Source: Candidatus Latescibacterota bacterium
GTDB lineage: Bacteria > Latescibacterota > UBA2968 > UBA8231
Assembly: GCA_965205655.1 (NCBI GenBank)
Contig: CBDBIJ010000052.1
Location: 1 to 11,644, forward strand
Direction of reading: 5' to 3'
DNA length: 11,644 nt
In this document: in pieces, positions 1 to 7,549 of the stretch
Layout: each line of letters starts with the position of its first letter
Position numbering within the stretch: the first letter of the stretch is position 1
Position numbers and translations under genes: made by a program
The notes under the pieces: generated by a model
Told to the model about the DNA's origin: nothing
Databases searched by the model: none
Seen by the model: only the letters and a program-made list of their open reading frames with translations

Positions 1-22
1 ACCTACTGGATGGGATCTCTCG

Positions 23-844
23 ATGAGCGCGATCAGGACGGCGGCGGTGCAGATGGGAGCCGGGGGGAGCAAGCGGGAAAACCTGGAGAAGGCGCTGCGA
101 CTCATCGATGAGGCAGTGGAGCGCTACGGGCCGCTGGATCTGCTGGTGCTTCCGGAGTATTGCTACGGCGAGCCGACGCCGGAGAATGTGAAGGAGATGG
201 CGGAGTCGTTGCCGGACCGGTCTCGGAGGCGATGGCGGAGAAGGCGCGTACGCACGAGGTGAATCTGGTTACCGGGAGTCTGGCGGAGGCGGCCCCGGAT
301 GGCAGGGGCCTACAACACGACGTTGGTGTACGACCGCAAGGGGGAGGAGCTGGGGCGGTATCGGAAGATCCATTTGATGGATGCGCTGGCGTTTGAGGAG
401 ACGTCATGGGTGGCGCCCGGCGATTCGCTCTGCCTCATCGACACGGATGTGGGTCGCATGGGAGTGATGGTGTGCTACGACATGCGGTTTCCGGAGCAGG
501 CGAGGACGCTGGCTCTCAAAGGGGCGGAGGTCATCATCGTGCCGGCGGCGTTCCCGTCGGGGCAGCTGCTGCCGCCGCGCACCGATCACTGGGACACTCT
601 GGTCACCAGCACGGCGCTCTACAACTTGTGCTACGTGGTGGCGGCGAATCAGTACGGCAAGCTGGCGAACGACTATCCGTTCGGTCGCAGCGCCATCGTC
701 GATCCGTGGGGGATCGCGATGGCCAGGGCGCAGGGGCGAGAGGACATCATCTATGCGCAGATCGATCTCGACTATGTCAGGGAGCTGAGGGGCAAGCTGC
801 CGACGCTCGAGTTACGGCGTCCGGATTTGTACGACCTCGGCTAA
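23..844 (+). pseudogene. Carbon-nitrogen hydrolase (nitrilase superfamily, Nit1/deaminated-glutathione amidase-like), frameshifted as sequenced
   Basis: Three ORF pieces join into one protein. AAVQM...LVLPEY (catalytic Glu) is in ORF 23, GPVSEAMAEKARTHEVNLVTGS is in ORF 160, and AYNT...YRKIHL (Lys), VCYDMRFPE (Cys) and GRSAIVDPWG are in ORF 299. One G is missing near 213-215 and one extra G lies in the run at 305-308. These may be sequencing errors in an intact gene. Confidence 0.9.
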
Positions 845-850
845 GCTCCG

Positions 851-1223
851 TTACTTCTGTTCGATCAATTCGAATTTGATGTTGTCGGGTCCGTTGATGA
901 AGACGACCCGCTTGTCGCCGGCGACGAGGGGACCGGCCCAGATGCCGACGCCGAGCTCCTCGATGCGAGCCATGGTGGCGTCGAAGTCGTCGGTGGTGAG
1001 GCCGATGTGGTCGAGGCCTTTCAAGCGGCCGAGGTCGACGCCGGAGGCCTCGCGCGAGGTGACGGTTATCATGGTGCCGCCGATGTCGACGAAGGCCCAG
1101 GGAACTCCGTCTCTGTCGACGGGGGCCGTCTGTCGAGGCGTCAAAGAGGGATTTGTACCATTCGAGGGCGGCGGGGACATCTGCCGATTCGTGGTGGATG
1201 TGGTGGTGGGAATAGTTGGGCAT
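851..1223 (-). pseudogene. VOC/glyoxalase/bleomycin-resistance family protein (~123 aa), one frameshift as sequenced
   Basis: N-terminus MPNYSHHHIHHESADVPAALEWYKSLFDA (ATG at 1223, frame of ORF 777..1259) joins VDRDGVPWAF...GLDHIGLTTDDFD...FINGPDNIKFELIE (ORF 851..1180) if one base is removed from the G5 run at 1121-1125. Typical VOC His/His/Glu metal ligands are present. Confidence 0.85.
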
Positions 1224-1251
1224 TGCGGAAAGATAACGCAAGAACCGTGAC

Positions 1252-2364
1252 CTATTCAATGGTGAATTCGTGGAACGTTGCCGACTCCATCTGCTCCCAG
1301 TCGACGTCCAGGCCGAGGCCGGGTTTTTGGGGGGCGTGGACGTAGCCGTTGGAATCGGAGCGGATGACGTCGTGCATGCCGTACTCGTAGGGTTCCTGGG
1401 GCACTGAGTGCTCGTAAAACGTGCAGTTGTTGTGGGCCAGCATGAGGTGAAGGTTGGCGGCGGAGTTAAGGCTGTAGCCCCAGGACATGAGCTCGAGGTT
1501 GATGCCGGCTGCCTCGGTCAGGGCAATTGCCTTTTGTGTTTGCGTGATGCCGCCCATCATGTGCGCGTCGGTACGAGCCGAGCGCCAGGCCTTGGACTCG
1601 ATCGCCTCATTGAATGACATCAGATCCATGAACCAGTTGCCGGATGGCAGGACCGGGATGGCGGTTCGGCGGGTCAGATCCCGGTAGCCGTCGAGATCGT
1701 AGTCGGGCAAGGGCGCCTCGAACCAGGTGAATCCAAGCTCCTCGATGCCTCTGGCAACTTTCAGAGAGCTGCCGCGGTCGTAGTTGTTCTCGGCGTCGAG
1801 CATGAAGTCGATTTTCGACGTGTCGTACTCTTTGGCGACGGCTCGGGACAGCTCGAGGTCTTTATCAGGGATACACCAGGTGTGGAATTTGACGGCCGTG
1901 TAGCCCTTGGCCAGCAGATCCTCGACGAACTTCAAATACGCCGGGATATCTTCGAGCATGGGGGTGCTGGCATAGGAGCGAATCCGCTCTCGCGCTCCGC
2001 CAAGCATGCGGTAAAGCGGCATGCCCGCCACCTTGCCGGCCAGATCCCACAGGGCGATATCGATGGATGCGAGCACCTGCGGTGGCACCGGAAAGACACG
2101 CGGCCGGATATCGCGCCACAGCTCTTCCCGCTGCAGCGGATCGCGCCCGATGAGAATAGGGGCGATGTGGCGGATGGCCTCGGCGGTGTATTTCTCGAAC
2201 CCGTATGAAGTCGCGTTCCAGACACCGGAAACGGCTTCGATACCCTCGTCGGTATAGAGGCGCAATATTGTATTGGTCGCGAACTGCGCCGGGAGGTCCT
2301 CGGACCATTGGAACTGCTCCGTCGGAGGGGCAACCGATCTGACTTCAATCCTGTCGATTTTCAT
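1252..2364 (-). CDS. Mandelate racemase/muconate-lactonizing enzyme family protein (enolase superfamily), 370 aa
   Basis: Start MKIDRIEV at ATG 2364 with AGGAG upstream. Motifs SIDIALWDLAGK, PLYRMLGG, KFH, MLDAEN, WFEAP and APQKPGLG. Confidence 0.92.
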   Translation of the reverse strand: MKIDRIEVRSVAPPTEQFQWSEDLPAQFATNTILRLYTDEGIEAVSGVWNATSYGFEKYTAEAIRHIAPILIGRDPLQREELWRDIRPRVFPVPPQVLASIDIALWDLAGKVAGMPLYRMLGGARERIRSYASTPMLEDIPAYLKFVEDLLAKGYTAVKFHTWCIPDKDLELSRAVAKEYDTSKIDFMLDAENNYDRGSSLKVARGIEELGFTWFEAPLPDYDLDGYRDLTRRTAIPVLPSGNWFMDLMSFNEAIESKAWRSARTDAHMMGGITQTQKAIALTEAAGINLELMSWGYSLNSAANLHLMLAHNNCTFYEHSVPQEPYEYGMHDVIRSDSNGYVHAPQKPGLGLDVDWEQMESATFHEFTIE

Positions 2365-2493
2365 TGGTGTGCTCTCCTGGGTGGACCGTGGTGAGTAGAA
2401 GGTGGCGGCCTCGCCGATCGGGTGGTAGTTTCGGCTATTTCGCCTTATTCGGAAACCGCCCCGGATGTTCGATTCTAAAAGCCGGAGATTCGT
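2365..2493. promoter_or_regulatory. Divergent intergenic region between the enolase and PhyH genes
   Basis: 129-bp gap between head-to-head starts with an SD-like motif on each side (GGAG at 2484-2487 on +, AGGAG on - near 2374-2378). No promoter boxes confidently assigned. Confidence 0.5.
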
Positions 2494-3708
2494 ATGCAGC
2501 TGAACCGCGATCAGTTTCTCGAAGAAGGGTACGCCATCTTGCGCGAGGTCGTGCCGCCTGACGAGCTGGATGGGCTGCGCGCCGCGAGTGAATTGCTCGT
2601 CGATCGTCAAAAAGAGATTTGGGCCCGCGAGGCGGGTCCGGACGATCCGCCGGGAGGTCAGTGGGAGATCTCCATGCAACCGCGGTTGACGATCATGGAG
2701 AGGCCGGAGATCCTCGACGAAGAGACCGCCGGCTTCGTGGAATTCTGGCTACATGAAAACAGCCACGGTGTCAGCAGCCGGCTGCTCGACATGCCGCATG
2801 CCGCCTGCACGGACATAATGATGATGTGCAGCCCGCCCAAAGACCGTGGACCGGCAAAGTGGCACAGGGACATCCACCCGTTCGACACGGCGCCGCTGCA
2901 GGCGTATGCGGAGGACATTCTCGAGAACGGGCCGCGGTATGTGCAGTGGAACATTCCTCTGTACGACGACGACGTTCTGTGGGTGGTCCCGGGGAGTCAC
3001 GTGCGGTTGAATACGGAAGATGAGCAGGCCCAACTGAATACAGATCGTACGGTGCCTTTGCCGAATGGGGTGCAGACTCATCTCAAGGCGGGTGACGGGG
3101 TCGTCTACATCACGCCGATCCTTCACTGGGGCAGCAACTACAGCACACGCATGCGGCGAACCCTGCACGGCGGCTACAGCAACTTCACCGCCTATCGGGA
3201 TCTGAGATTTACTGAGCGCCTGCCGGCTAATTCGCGGGAAACTTTCGTCGGCTGGGAGGAGCAGAGTGTGCGCAACCGCGACGTCACGGAGGCGGCGTTG
3301 CGCGCGGTGCTCGCCGGGGATGGGGCCGGGTATCTGTCGGGGTTGGACAAGTTGCAGCCGGGTATCGGCGACAAAGGGAAGTGGCAATTGACGATGTATC
3401 TGTGCAAGGCGGCCTGTTTTATCAATGTGTTGCTGAACCCGGAGGTGGAAGGGGTGGCGCCGCCTTTGCGGGACAGCGCCACTCGTCTGCACTCGATTAC
3501 ATTGAACTGGGGTCCGGATTTCGCCAAGCGGTTTTCCGCCGCGGAGGCGACGGCGCTGTGGCAGGGTTTCGCGCCGCTCGACGCGGCGTTACAGTGCGAG
3601 GAGCGTTACGTGCCGGGGTTTCAGGGTGGTCAGGTGCCGTATCACTTCAATGAGATGCCGGCGAATATGGATCTGGACTCCTTTATCGCCGGCTGGAGTG
3701 AGGGGTAG
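2494..3708 (+). CDS. Phytanoyl-CoA dioxygenase (PhyH) family Fe(II)/2-oxoglutarate dioxygenase with long C-terminal extension, 404 aa
   Basis: N-terminal QFLEEGYAILREVV, WHRD (HxD), LWVVPGSH, LKAGDGV, distal ILHWG and downstream RRTLH. GGAG RBS present. Confidence 0.9.
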   Translation: MQLNRDQFLEEGYAILREVVPPDELDGLRAASELLVDRQKEIWAREAGPDDPPGGQWEISMQPRLTIMERPEILDEETAGFVEFWLHENSHGVSSRLLDMPHAACTDIMMMCSPPKDRGPAKWHRDIHPFDTAPLQAYAEDILENGPRYVQWNIPLYDDDVLWVVPGSHVRLNTEDEQAQLNTDRTVPLPNGVQTHLKAGDGVVYITPILHWGSNYSTRMRRTLHGGYSNFTAYRDLRFTERLPANSRETFVGWEEQSVRNRDVTEAALRAVLAGDGAGYLSGLDKLQPGIGDKGKWQLTMYLCKAACFINVLLNPEVEGVAPPLRDSATRLHSITLNWGPDFAKRFSAAEATALWQGFAPLDAALQCEERYVPGFQGGQVPYHFNEMPANMDLDSFIAGWSEG

Positions 3709-3739
3709 GCGGTCGGATATAAGCTGACTGGAGAGGAAA

Positions 3740-4447
3740 ATGCCGCAGAAACAGAGTTCGAGTACGGGTGTGGACAATCCGTGGTATCCGGAGGGTGGGC
3801 CGGGGCGTCATTTGAAGGCTCGTCTCAAGAAAGGGGACGTGCTGATCGGGCCGATGCTGTCGGAGTATGCGAGACCGTCGCTTATCAAGTTGTTTCAGCA
3901 CGCGGGGTTCGATTTCGTGTATATCGAGTACGAACACACGTTTTTCGATCTCGCCGATCTTGCGGACACGATTCTGTCGGCGAGGGACAATGAGTTGCCG
4001 GTGATTGCCAAGACGCCGCAGCTGGAGCGTATGGAGGTGGCCAAGTTGCTGGAGGCGGGTGTTTCGGGCATTCAGCTGCCGCGCACGGAGACGCGGGAGC
4101 AGGTGGAGACGCTGGTGAGCTATGTGAAATTCTCGCCGGGTGGGACCCGCGCTGTGGCGCCGGGGTGGGGGAACAGCGACTTCAGGGGAGTCGGGGACTG
4201 GCAGGGCTGGATGGATGAGCAGGACGAGGAGACGACGGTGGTGCTGCATTTCGAAACGAAGACGGCCTACGAAAACGCCGAGGAACTCATCGGTGTGCCG
4301 GGTGTGGATATGGTCTATTGCGGCCCTGGCGACTCGTCGATCGAGCTGGGCCACGCGGGGGACTACGATCATCCCGAGGTGCGCGGGGCGATGGAGCATG
4401 TGCTCGAGCTGTGCAAGAAGTATGGTGTCGCCTTCGGGACGACTTGA
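3740..4447 (+). CDS. HpcH/HpaI aldolase/citrate lyase family protein, probably C-terminally truncated
   Basis: AGFDFVYIEYEH, LLEAGVSGIQLP, LHFET, GVDMVYCGPGD. GAGAGGA RBS at 3731-3737. Ends at GVAFGTT* before the final strand/helix expected for the barrel. Confidence 0.85.
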   Translation: MPQKQSSSTGVDNPWYPEGGPGRHLKARLKKGDVLIGPMLSEYARPSLIKLFQHAGFDFVYIEYEHTFFDLADLADTILSARDNELPVIAKTPQLERMEVAKLLEAGVSGIQLPRTETREQVETLVSYVKFSPGGTRAVAPGWGNSDFRGVGDWQGWMDEQDEETTVVLHFETKTAYENAEELIGVPGVDMVYCGPGDSSIELGHAGDYDHPEVRGAMEHVLELCKKYGVAFGTT

Positions 4448-4471
4448 GCCATGTGCAACATCTCCTATGAT
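4444..4471 (+). promoter_or_regulatory. Possible sigma70-type promoter for the helicase gene
   Basis: TTGAGC (4444-4449), 16-nt spacer, TATGAT (4466-4471) in an AT-richer stretch upstream of ATG 4553. Confidence 0.3.
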
Positions 4472-4495
4472 TAGATTAGTGGGGAGAATGTTGCA
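4454..4495. repeat. Imperfect inverted repeat at the block junction
   Basis: TGCAACAT-CTCC (4454-4465) pairs with GGAGAATGTTGCA (4483-4495) with one bulge, around a 17-nt spacer. Confidence 0.7.
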
Positions 4496-4552
4496 TTGAC
4501 CGATTGAATATACCACCACGACGTTCAAGATCTCAAGCCTGGTCTGAGTGAC

Positions 4553-5120
4553 ATGCATCCCATCCGCCGCCGCTACCACGCCGAAGAGCTAGTCCGCCTT
4601 CGCCCGGCCGCCGAAGGGCGGCGCTATGCGGCTTCCCAGCGTCAGGGTCGCATCGATGCTAATCCTCACCAGATCGATGCTGTGATGTTCGCGCTTCGGC
4701 GCATCCCAGATGGTGGCTGTATTCTGGCCGACGAGGTGGGTCTCGGCGCCCACCGTGGGGAAGACGATAGAGGCGGGGCTGGTCATCGCCCAGATGTTGT
4801 CCGAGGGAGCTTCTAGGATCCTGATCGTCCTGCCCCACACTTTGATGGGGCAGTGGCAACAGGAGCTGTACGAGCTGTTCGGAATCGAGGCCTTGGAGAC
4901 TTCGGACGAAAGCGTCGATGTCCACCGGGCTGGTGTGCATCCTTGCTGGGCGCGAGTACGCGGGAGGTGAGCGCGGCTTTGAGAGACTCTCAGCGAGCGA
5001 ACCCTTCGATCTCTTTGTGGAACCCTCGATCTCTTTGTGGTCGATGAAGCACATGAAGTTTTTGCTGGAATCTACCGTCGCTTCGATCGCTTCGGCTTGT
5101 ATCAGGAGGACAGCACGCAC
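4553..5120 (+). pseudogene. SNF2-family (SF2) helicase/ATPase, N-terminal fragment with three frame disruptions, truncated by IS256
   Basis: Reconstructed protein reads RIDANPHQIDAVMFAL (Q motif), CILADEVGLG/KTIEAGLVI (Walker A, split at 4748-4760), RILIVLP...QWQQEL (motif Ia), then PFDLFVVDEAHE (Walker B, DEAH at 5043-5054). A further shift lies near 4933-4938. Confidence 0.88.
5000..5040 (+). repeat. Near-perfect tandem duplication (21 + 20 bp)
   Basis: AACCCTTCGATCTCTTTGTGG is followed directly by AACCCTCGATCTCTTTGTGG. Confidence 0.95.
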
Positions 5121-5793
5121 GGGAGCTATAATCAGAAGGTGTGGAAATAGACAGACGGCGATCCTACCCTTCCTTTGTAATTAGCCATCACAAACGCCGG
5201 GGCTATCCCGGCAGGAAGAGGAGAATCGCCATGGCACAACCTAAGCCGAGCACGACGGAAATGTCCATGCCCACGTTCGAGACGCTGGAAGAGTGGACAC
5301 GCTCGCAGATTCAGTCGCTGATGCAGTCGGTTCTGGATGAAGAAGTCACCCATGCGCTGGGACGGTCACGGTACGAGCGACAGGCACCGTTGGACGCAGC
5401 CGGCGGCTACCGCAATGGGTACGGGAAGCGGCGGCGACTGTCCTTGACCTCGGGCACGATCGAGGTGAAACGCCCTCGGGTGCGGGGTCTGGAAGAGCGA
5501 TTTGAGAGTGCGGTACTGCCGCTGTTCGCCCGGCGCACCCAAGAAACAGGTCAGCTGCTGCCAGAGCTTTACCTGCACGGTTTGTCTCAGGGAGACTTCG
5601 AGCTGGCGCTGCGCGGCCTGCTGGGCAAGGGAGCGCCTTTGTCGGCGTCCTCGATCGCTCGTTTGCGTGAGAAGTGGATCGTCGAATACAACGCCTGGCG
5701 CAGCCGACGACTGGATGACCGCGAGCTCGTCTACGCCTGGGCGGACGGGATCTACGTCAAAGCCGGTCTCGAGAAGCAAAAAGCCGCTCTCCT
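5121..5793 (+). mobile_element. Partial IS256-family element (left end plus 5' part of transposase)
   Basis: Helicase-like sequence gives way to GGGAGCTATAATCAGAAGG at 5121, which resembles an IS256 terminus. The transposase follows. No right end is visible in the window. Confidence 0.8.
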
Positions 5794-5839
5794 GGCCTCT
5801 TTGGCAGTATTTTGGCTCGCGGCACTTTTCGCCTGGTGA
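5231..5839 (+). pseudogene. IS256-family (Mutator-type) transposase, truncated after first catalytic Asp
   Basis: YRNGYGKRR, GTIEVKRPRVR, LYLHGLSQGDF, LSASSIARL, YAWADGIYVK. SD-like GGAG at 5220-5223. Similarity is lost after KAALL (~5794), and the tail is out-of-frame mcrC sequence. Confidence 0.9.
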
Positions 5840-6035
5840 GGACAGGCATTGACCGTGACTATCAATAAATTCGTGCCGATCTGCCAGGAATAAGGGGCAG
5901 ACTTGCTGTCGCTGAAACGGCGCAGCGGGCACTGCAACGGCAGGGCCGTACCGCTTGCATCTTCGAGGAGCTGTCGCACGATGTTCTTCACAATCAGCTC
6001 CTGCGTTCCACACTTCGTCAGCTCCTGTATGCTAG
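5794..6035 (+). pseudogene. mcrC: McrC 5' fragment (not in ORF track)
   Basis: Manual translation from 5794: GLFGSILARGTFRLVRTGIDRDYQ*IRADLPGIRGRLAVAETAQRALQRQGRTACIFEELSHDVLHNQLLRSTLRQLLYA. This has McrC-like G-x-DRDY, IRGR and FEELS-x-D-x-x-x-NQ motifs. In-frame TAA at 5866-5868. Confidence 0.85.
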
Positions 6036-7453
6036 CAGCCCGTGGCTAAAGCCCCGTTTGGGAAGATTTGGGGTGGCCTGAGATTCGTGGTGCGAGTTGC
6101 CGCCAATGGCGACGAAAATCGAGCAGTGCCCGAGAGTTGAACCACGGGCGGCGACAAAGCGCGCCAAGGCGCGAAAACCTGAGTGATGAGAGACGAAATG
6201 AGGGAAAACGCCTTCCTCATACCCCTCGGAGTGCCCGCACCGAAGAGGGTGCGCATGAGGAGGCCGAAATTGCAGCCGCACACGTGAATGACGAGGCGTT
6301 TGAGGATGTTTTCTCGGCCCCGAAGAAACAGCCGTCGCATACCGCCGGTTTCGAACAGATGAGCATACGGGCGTTCGAGCAGCTCGCCGCGCTTACGCCG
6401 CAGCGCCTGCCCGCGGTTGCCGCGAATGCGTCGGCGATTGGCATACACCGCCTGTTGTGCTTCCGCTTTGTCCTTCCAATCTCGACGCCCGCGATCCGGT
6501 TCGGAAATGTAGCTGCGAATGGCACTGGCTTTGAGATCGACCAGCACCTCGTTGCTGTGATACCCCTTGTCGGTGACGACTTCCGACAACGGTTTGGGAT
6601 GCAGATGCTTCCTGGCCTCGGGATCCTGCGACACGGCCTCCACGTTCAATTCGGTTCGCACCAGCATCCACGGCAGCGATTCGGTGTCGCCTTCATCGGC
6701 ACTCGGCAGACTCACGGCGACGATCGCCTGGGTGTCCATGTCCACCGCCGTCTCCACCTTGTGCGCCAGATGGGTGCGACGATCCTTCGTCTTGGTAATG
6801 CGGGCATCCGGATCGTGCGGGTGTTCCCAGTCCTTATTGGACGCTTTCTTCGGGCGCTTCTTGTCGATCCTGGCCAGATCCTCTCGCGTTGGCGTCTCGA
6901 TGCCCGAGGCCTTGGCCAACTTCGTGAGAAACTCCTCGTAACTTTCGCCCGTGTCCCGGCGCACGATGCTGCGCATGGCGGCGTTGGCATCCAGCGTCGT
7001 GGCGTCGACGCCCAGCGTCTTCCCCTTCAGCAGGTTCGATGTGGCCAGCACCTTCAACACCCACTCGAAGACCTCATGATGCGTCTGGAAGTCGATCAGC
7101 CGGCGCGTGCGAGACACCGTCGAATGATCGGGCGTAGCCTTGTCGAGCTCGTAGCCGAGGAATGCCCGCAACGACAGCGAATCGGCGACGCGCCAGGCGA
7201 TCTCACGCTCCGAGTCGATGCCCTCGAAATAGCCGATCATGAGCAGGCGGAAATAGACCCCGGGCGGGATGCCGGGCCGACCGACGCCCTCGGCGTAAAA
7301 CGTCGTGCACCGCTCTTCCACAAACTCGTCGAATCCGTGCTTGTCCAGCACCTCATTCAATCTCTTGTAAAAAGGATGTCCCGGAGCCCTCAGGTGCTGC
7401 GTCGCCACCCACAGCTGAGCTTGGCTCGCGCGCTTCCGTTTTCCCAACGCCAT
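6032..7453 (-). CDS. DDE transposase (DUF772-type N-terminus; IS1182/IS5-like), 473 aa
   Basis: GRPGIPP, SEREI, PDHSTVSRTR, GVDAT, DPDAR, TDKGY, RGELLERPYA. The ORF is intact. Confidence 0.93.
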   Translation of the reverse strand: MALGKRKRASQAQLWVATQHLRAPGHPFYKRLNEVLDKHGFDEFVEERCTTFYAEGVGRPGIPPGVYFRLLMIGYFEGIDSEREIAWRVADSLSLRAFLGYELDKATPDHSTVSRTRRLIDFQTHHEVFEWVLKVLATSNLLKGKTLGVDATTLDANAAMRSIVRRDTGESYEEFLTKLAKASGIETPTREDLARIDKKRPKKASNKDWEHPHDPDARITKTKDRRTHLAHKVETAVDMDTQAIVAVSLPSADEGDTESLPWMLVRTELNVEAVSQDPEARKHLHPKPLSEVVTDKGYHSNEVLVDLKASAIRSYISEPDRGRRDWKDKAEAQQAVYANRRRIRGNRGQALRRKRGELLERPYAHLFETGGMRRLFLRGRENILKRLVIHVCGCNFGLLMRTLFGAGTPRGMRKAFSLISSLITQVFAPWRALSPPVVQLSGTARFSSPLAATRTTNLRPPQIFPNGALATGC

Positions 7454-7545
7454 GACAGCATCTCCCCTGCAAGGTTGATGCTCAAAGGTAAGGAGAGGCT
7501 CCTCATCCGCGCCGCAAGAAAATCACCGACTTTCACCACAGGCTG
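6036..7545 (-). mobile_element. Complete IS1182/IS5-like insertion sequence, 1510 bp
   Basis: Terminal inverted repeats CAGCCCGTGGCTAAAG (6036-6051) and reverse complement CAGCCTGTGGTGAAAG (7530-7545) match at 13/16. CTAG direct repeats at 6032-6035 and 7546-7549. Removing the element restores the mcrC frame. Confidence 0.93.
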
Positions 7546-7549
7546 CTAG

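Noticed and set aside
1..26. Possible upstream gene ending in an ATGA overlap with the nitrilase start
   Set aside because: There is too little sequence to support it.
2365..2679. 105-aa N-terminal extension of the enolase ORF
   Set aside because: It overlaps the PhyH gene. The family N-terminus and RBS point to ATG 2364.
4453..4496. Integron attC site (AAC...GTT dyad)
   Set aside because: At about 44 bp it is shorter than typical attC sites, fits RYYYAAC/GTTRRRY poorly, and no integrase or cassette array is present.
2749..4579. Long minus-strand ORFs 2749..3492 and 3683..4579
   Set aside because: They are antisense shadows of the PhyH and aldolase genes with no motifs.
4748..4760. Intein or intron at Walker A
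   Set aside because: It is only 13 bp, breaks the frame and shows no splicing motifs.
5000..5040. CRISPR repeat
   Set aside because: There are two adjacent copies with no spacer, inside coding sequence. No array is visible anywhere despite the Cas4-like domain.
5141..5230. Longer transposase start at 5141
   Set aside because: It lies in the IS left end. ATG 5231 has an SD-like sequence.
6068..7549. 493-aa + strand ORF spanning the IS and ending in the right CTAG
   Set aside because: It is codon-aligned antisense to the transposase, as expected for a shadow ORF in high-GC DNA, and has no recognisable motifs.
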